A DNA stretch of 64,000 bases from Lama guanicoe. Taxonomy: Eukaryota. The notes beneath the pieces were generated by a model that was given only the letters and a program-made list of their open reading frames with translations, was not told the origin of the DNA and made no database searches. Shown here in pieces: positions 63,947 through 64,000 of this stretch. The number at the start of each line of letters is the position of its first letter. Positions within the stretch are counted from its first letter, which is position 1. A program made the position numbers and the translations under genes. The stretch lies in NCBI GenBank assembly GCA_013239625.1, contig MU053881.1:15182373-15246372 (forward strand), in the 5' to 3' direction.

Positions 63947-64000
63947 CTATGGGAGAGAGCGAAGAAAGCCAGTCACCCACTGGGCTACTGTGGGCCAGTC

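Noticed and set aside
63947..63980. First residues (MGDWLSSLSPI) of the 225-aa GDF15 ORF
   Set aside because: Intronic sequence upstream of the acceptor at 63946.

Overview
GC-rich mammalian genomic DNA, not prokaryotic. It is syntenic with the human 19p13.11 block. In window order: ELL (+, exons 3-12; 5' end outside the window), ISYNA1 (+, complete), SSBP4 (-, complete), LRRC25 (+, complete CDS) and GDF15 (-, last exon only). I traced the exons by hand through GT-AG junctions and each set joins in frame. Three tRNA-derived SINEs of the camelid Vic-1 type suggest a camel, llama or alpaca source (inference). I found no new gene or clearly new biological system. The best leads are regulatory and isoform-level: (1) the SSBP4 66-nt cassette exon has lost its AG acceptor; (2) two uORFs lie in frame with the SSBP4 start; (3) retention of the last SSBP4 intron gives an Arg/Gly-rich alternative C-terminus; (4) a candidate poison exon sits in ELL intron 6; (5) paired TonE/NFAT5-like sites lie upstream of the osmolyte-synthesis gene ISYNA1; (6) an N-glycosylation sequon follows the GDF15 furin site. 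Comparisons with human or mouse are from memory and need checking. Repeat boundaries are approximate.
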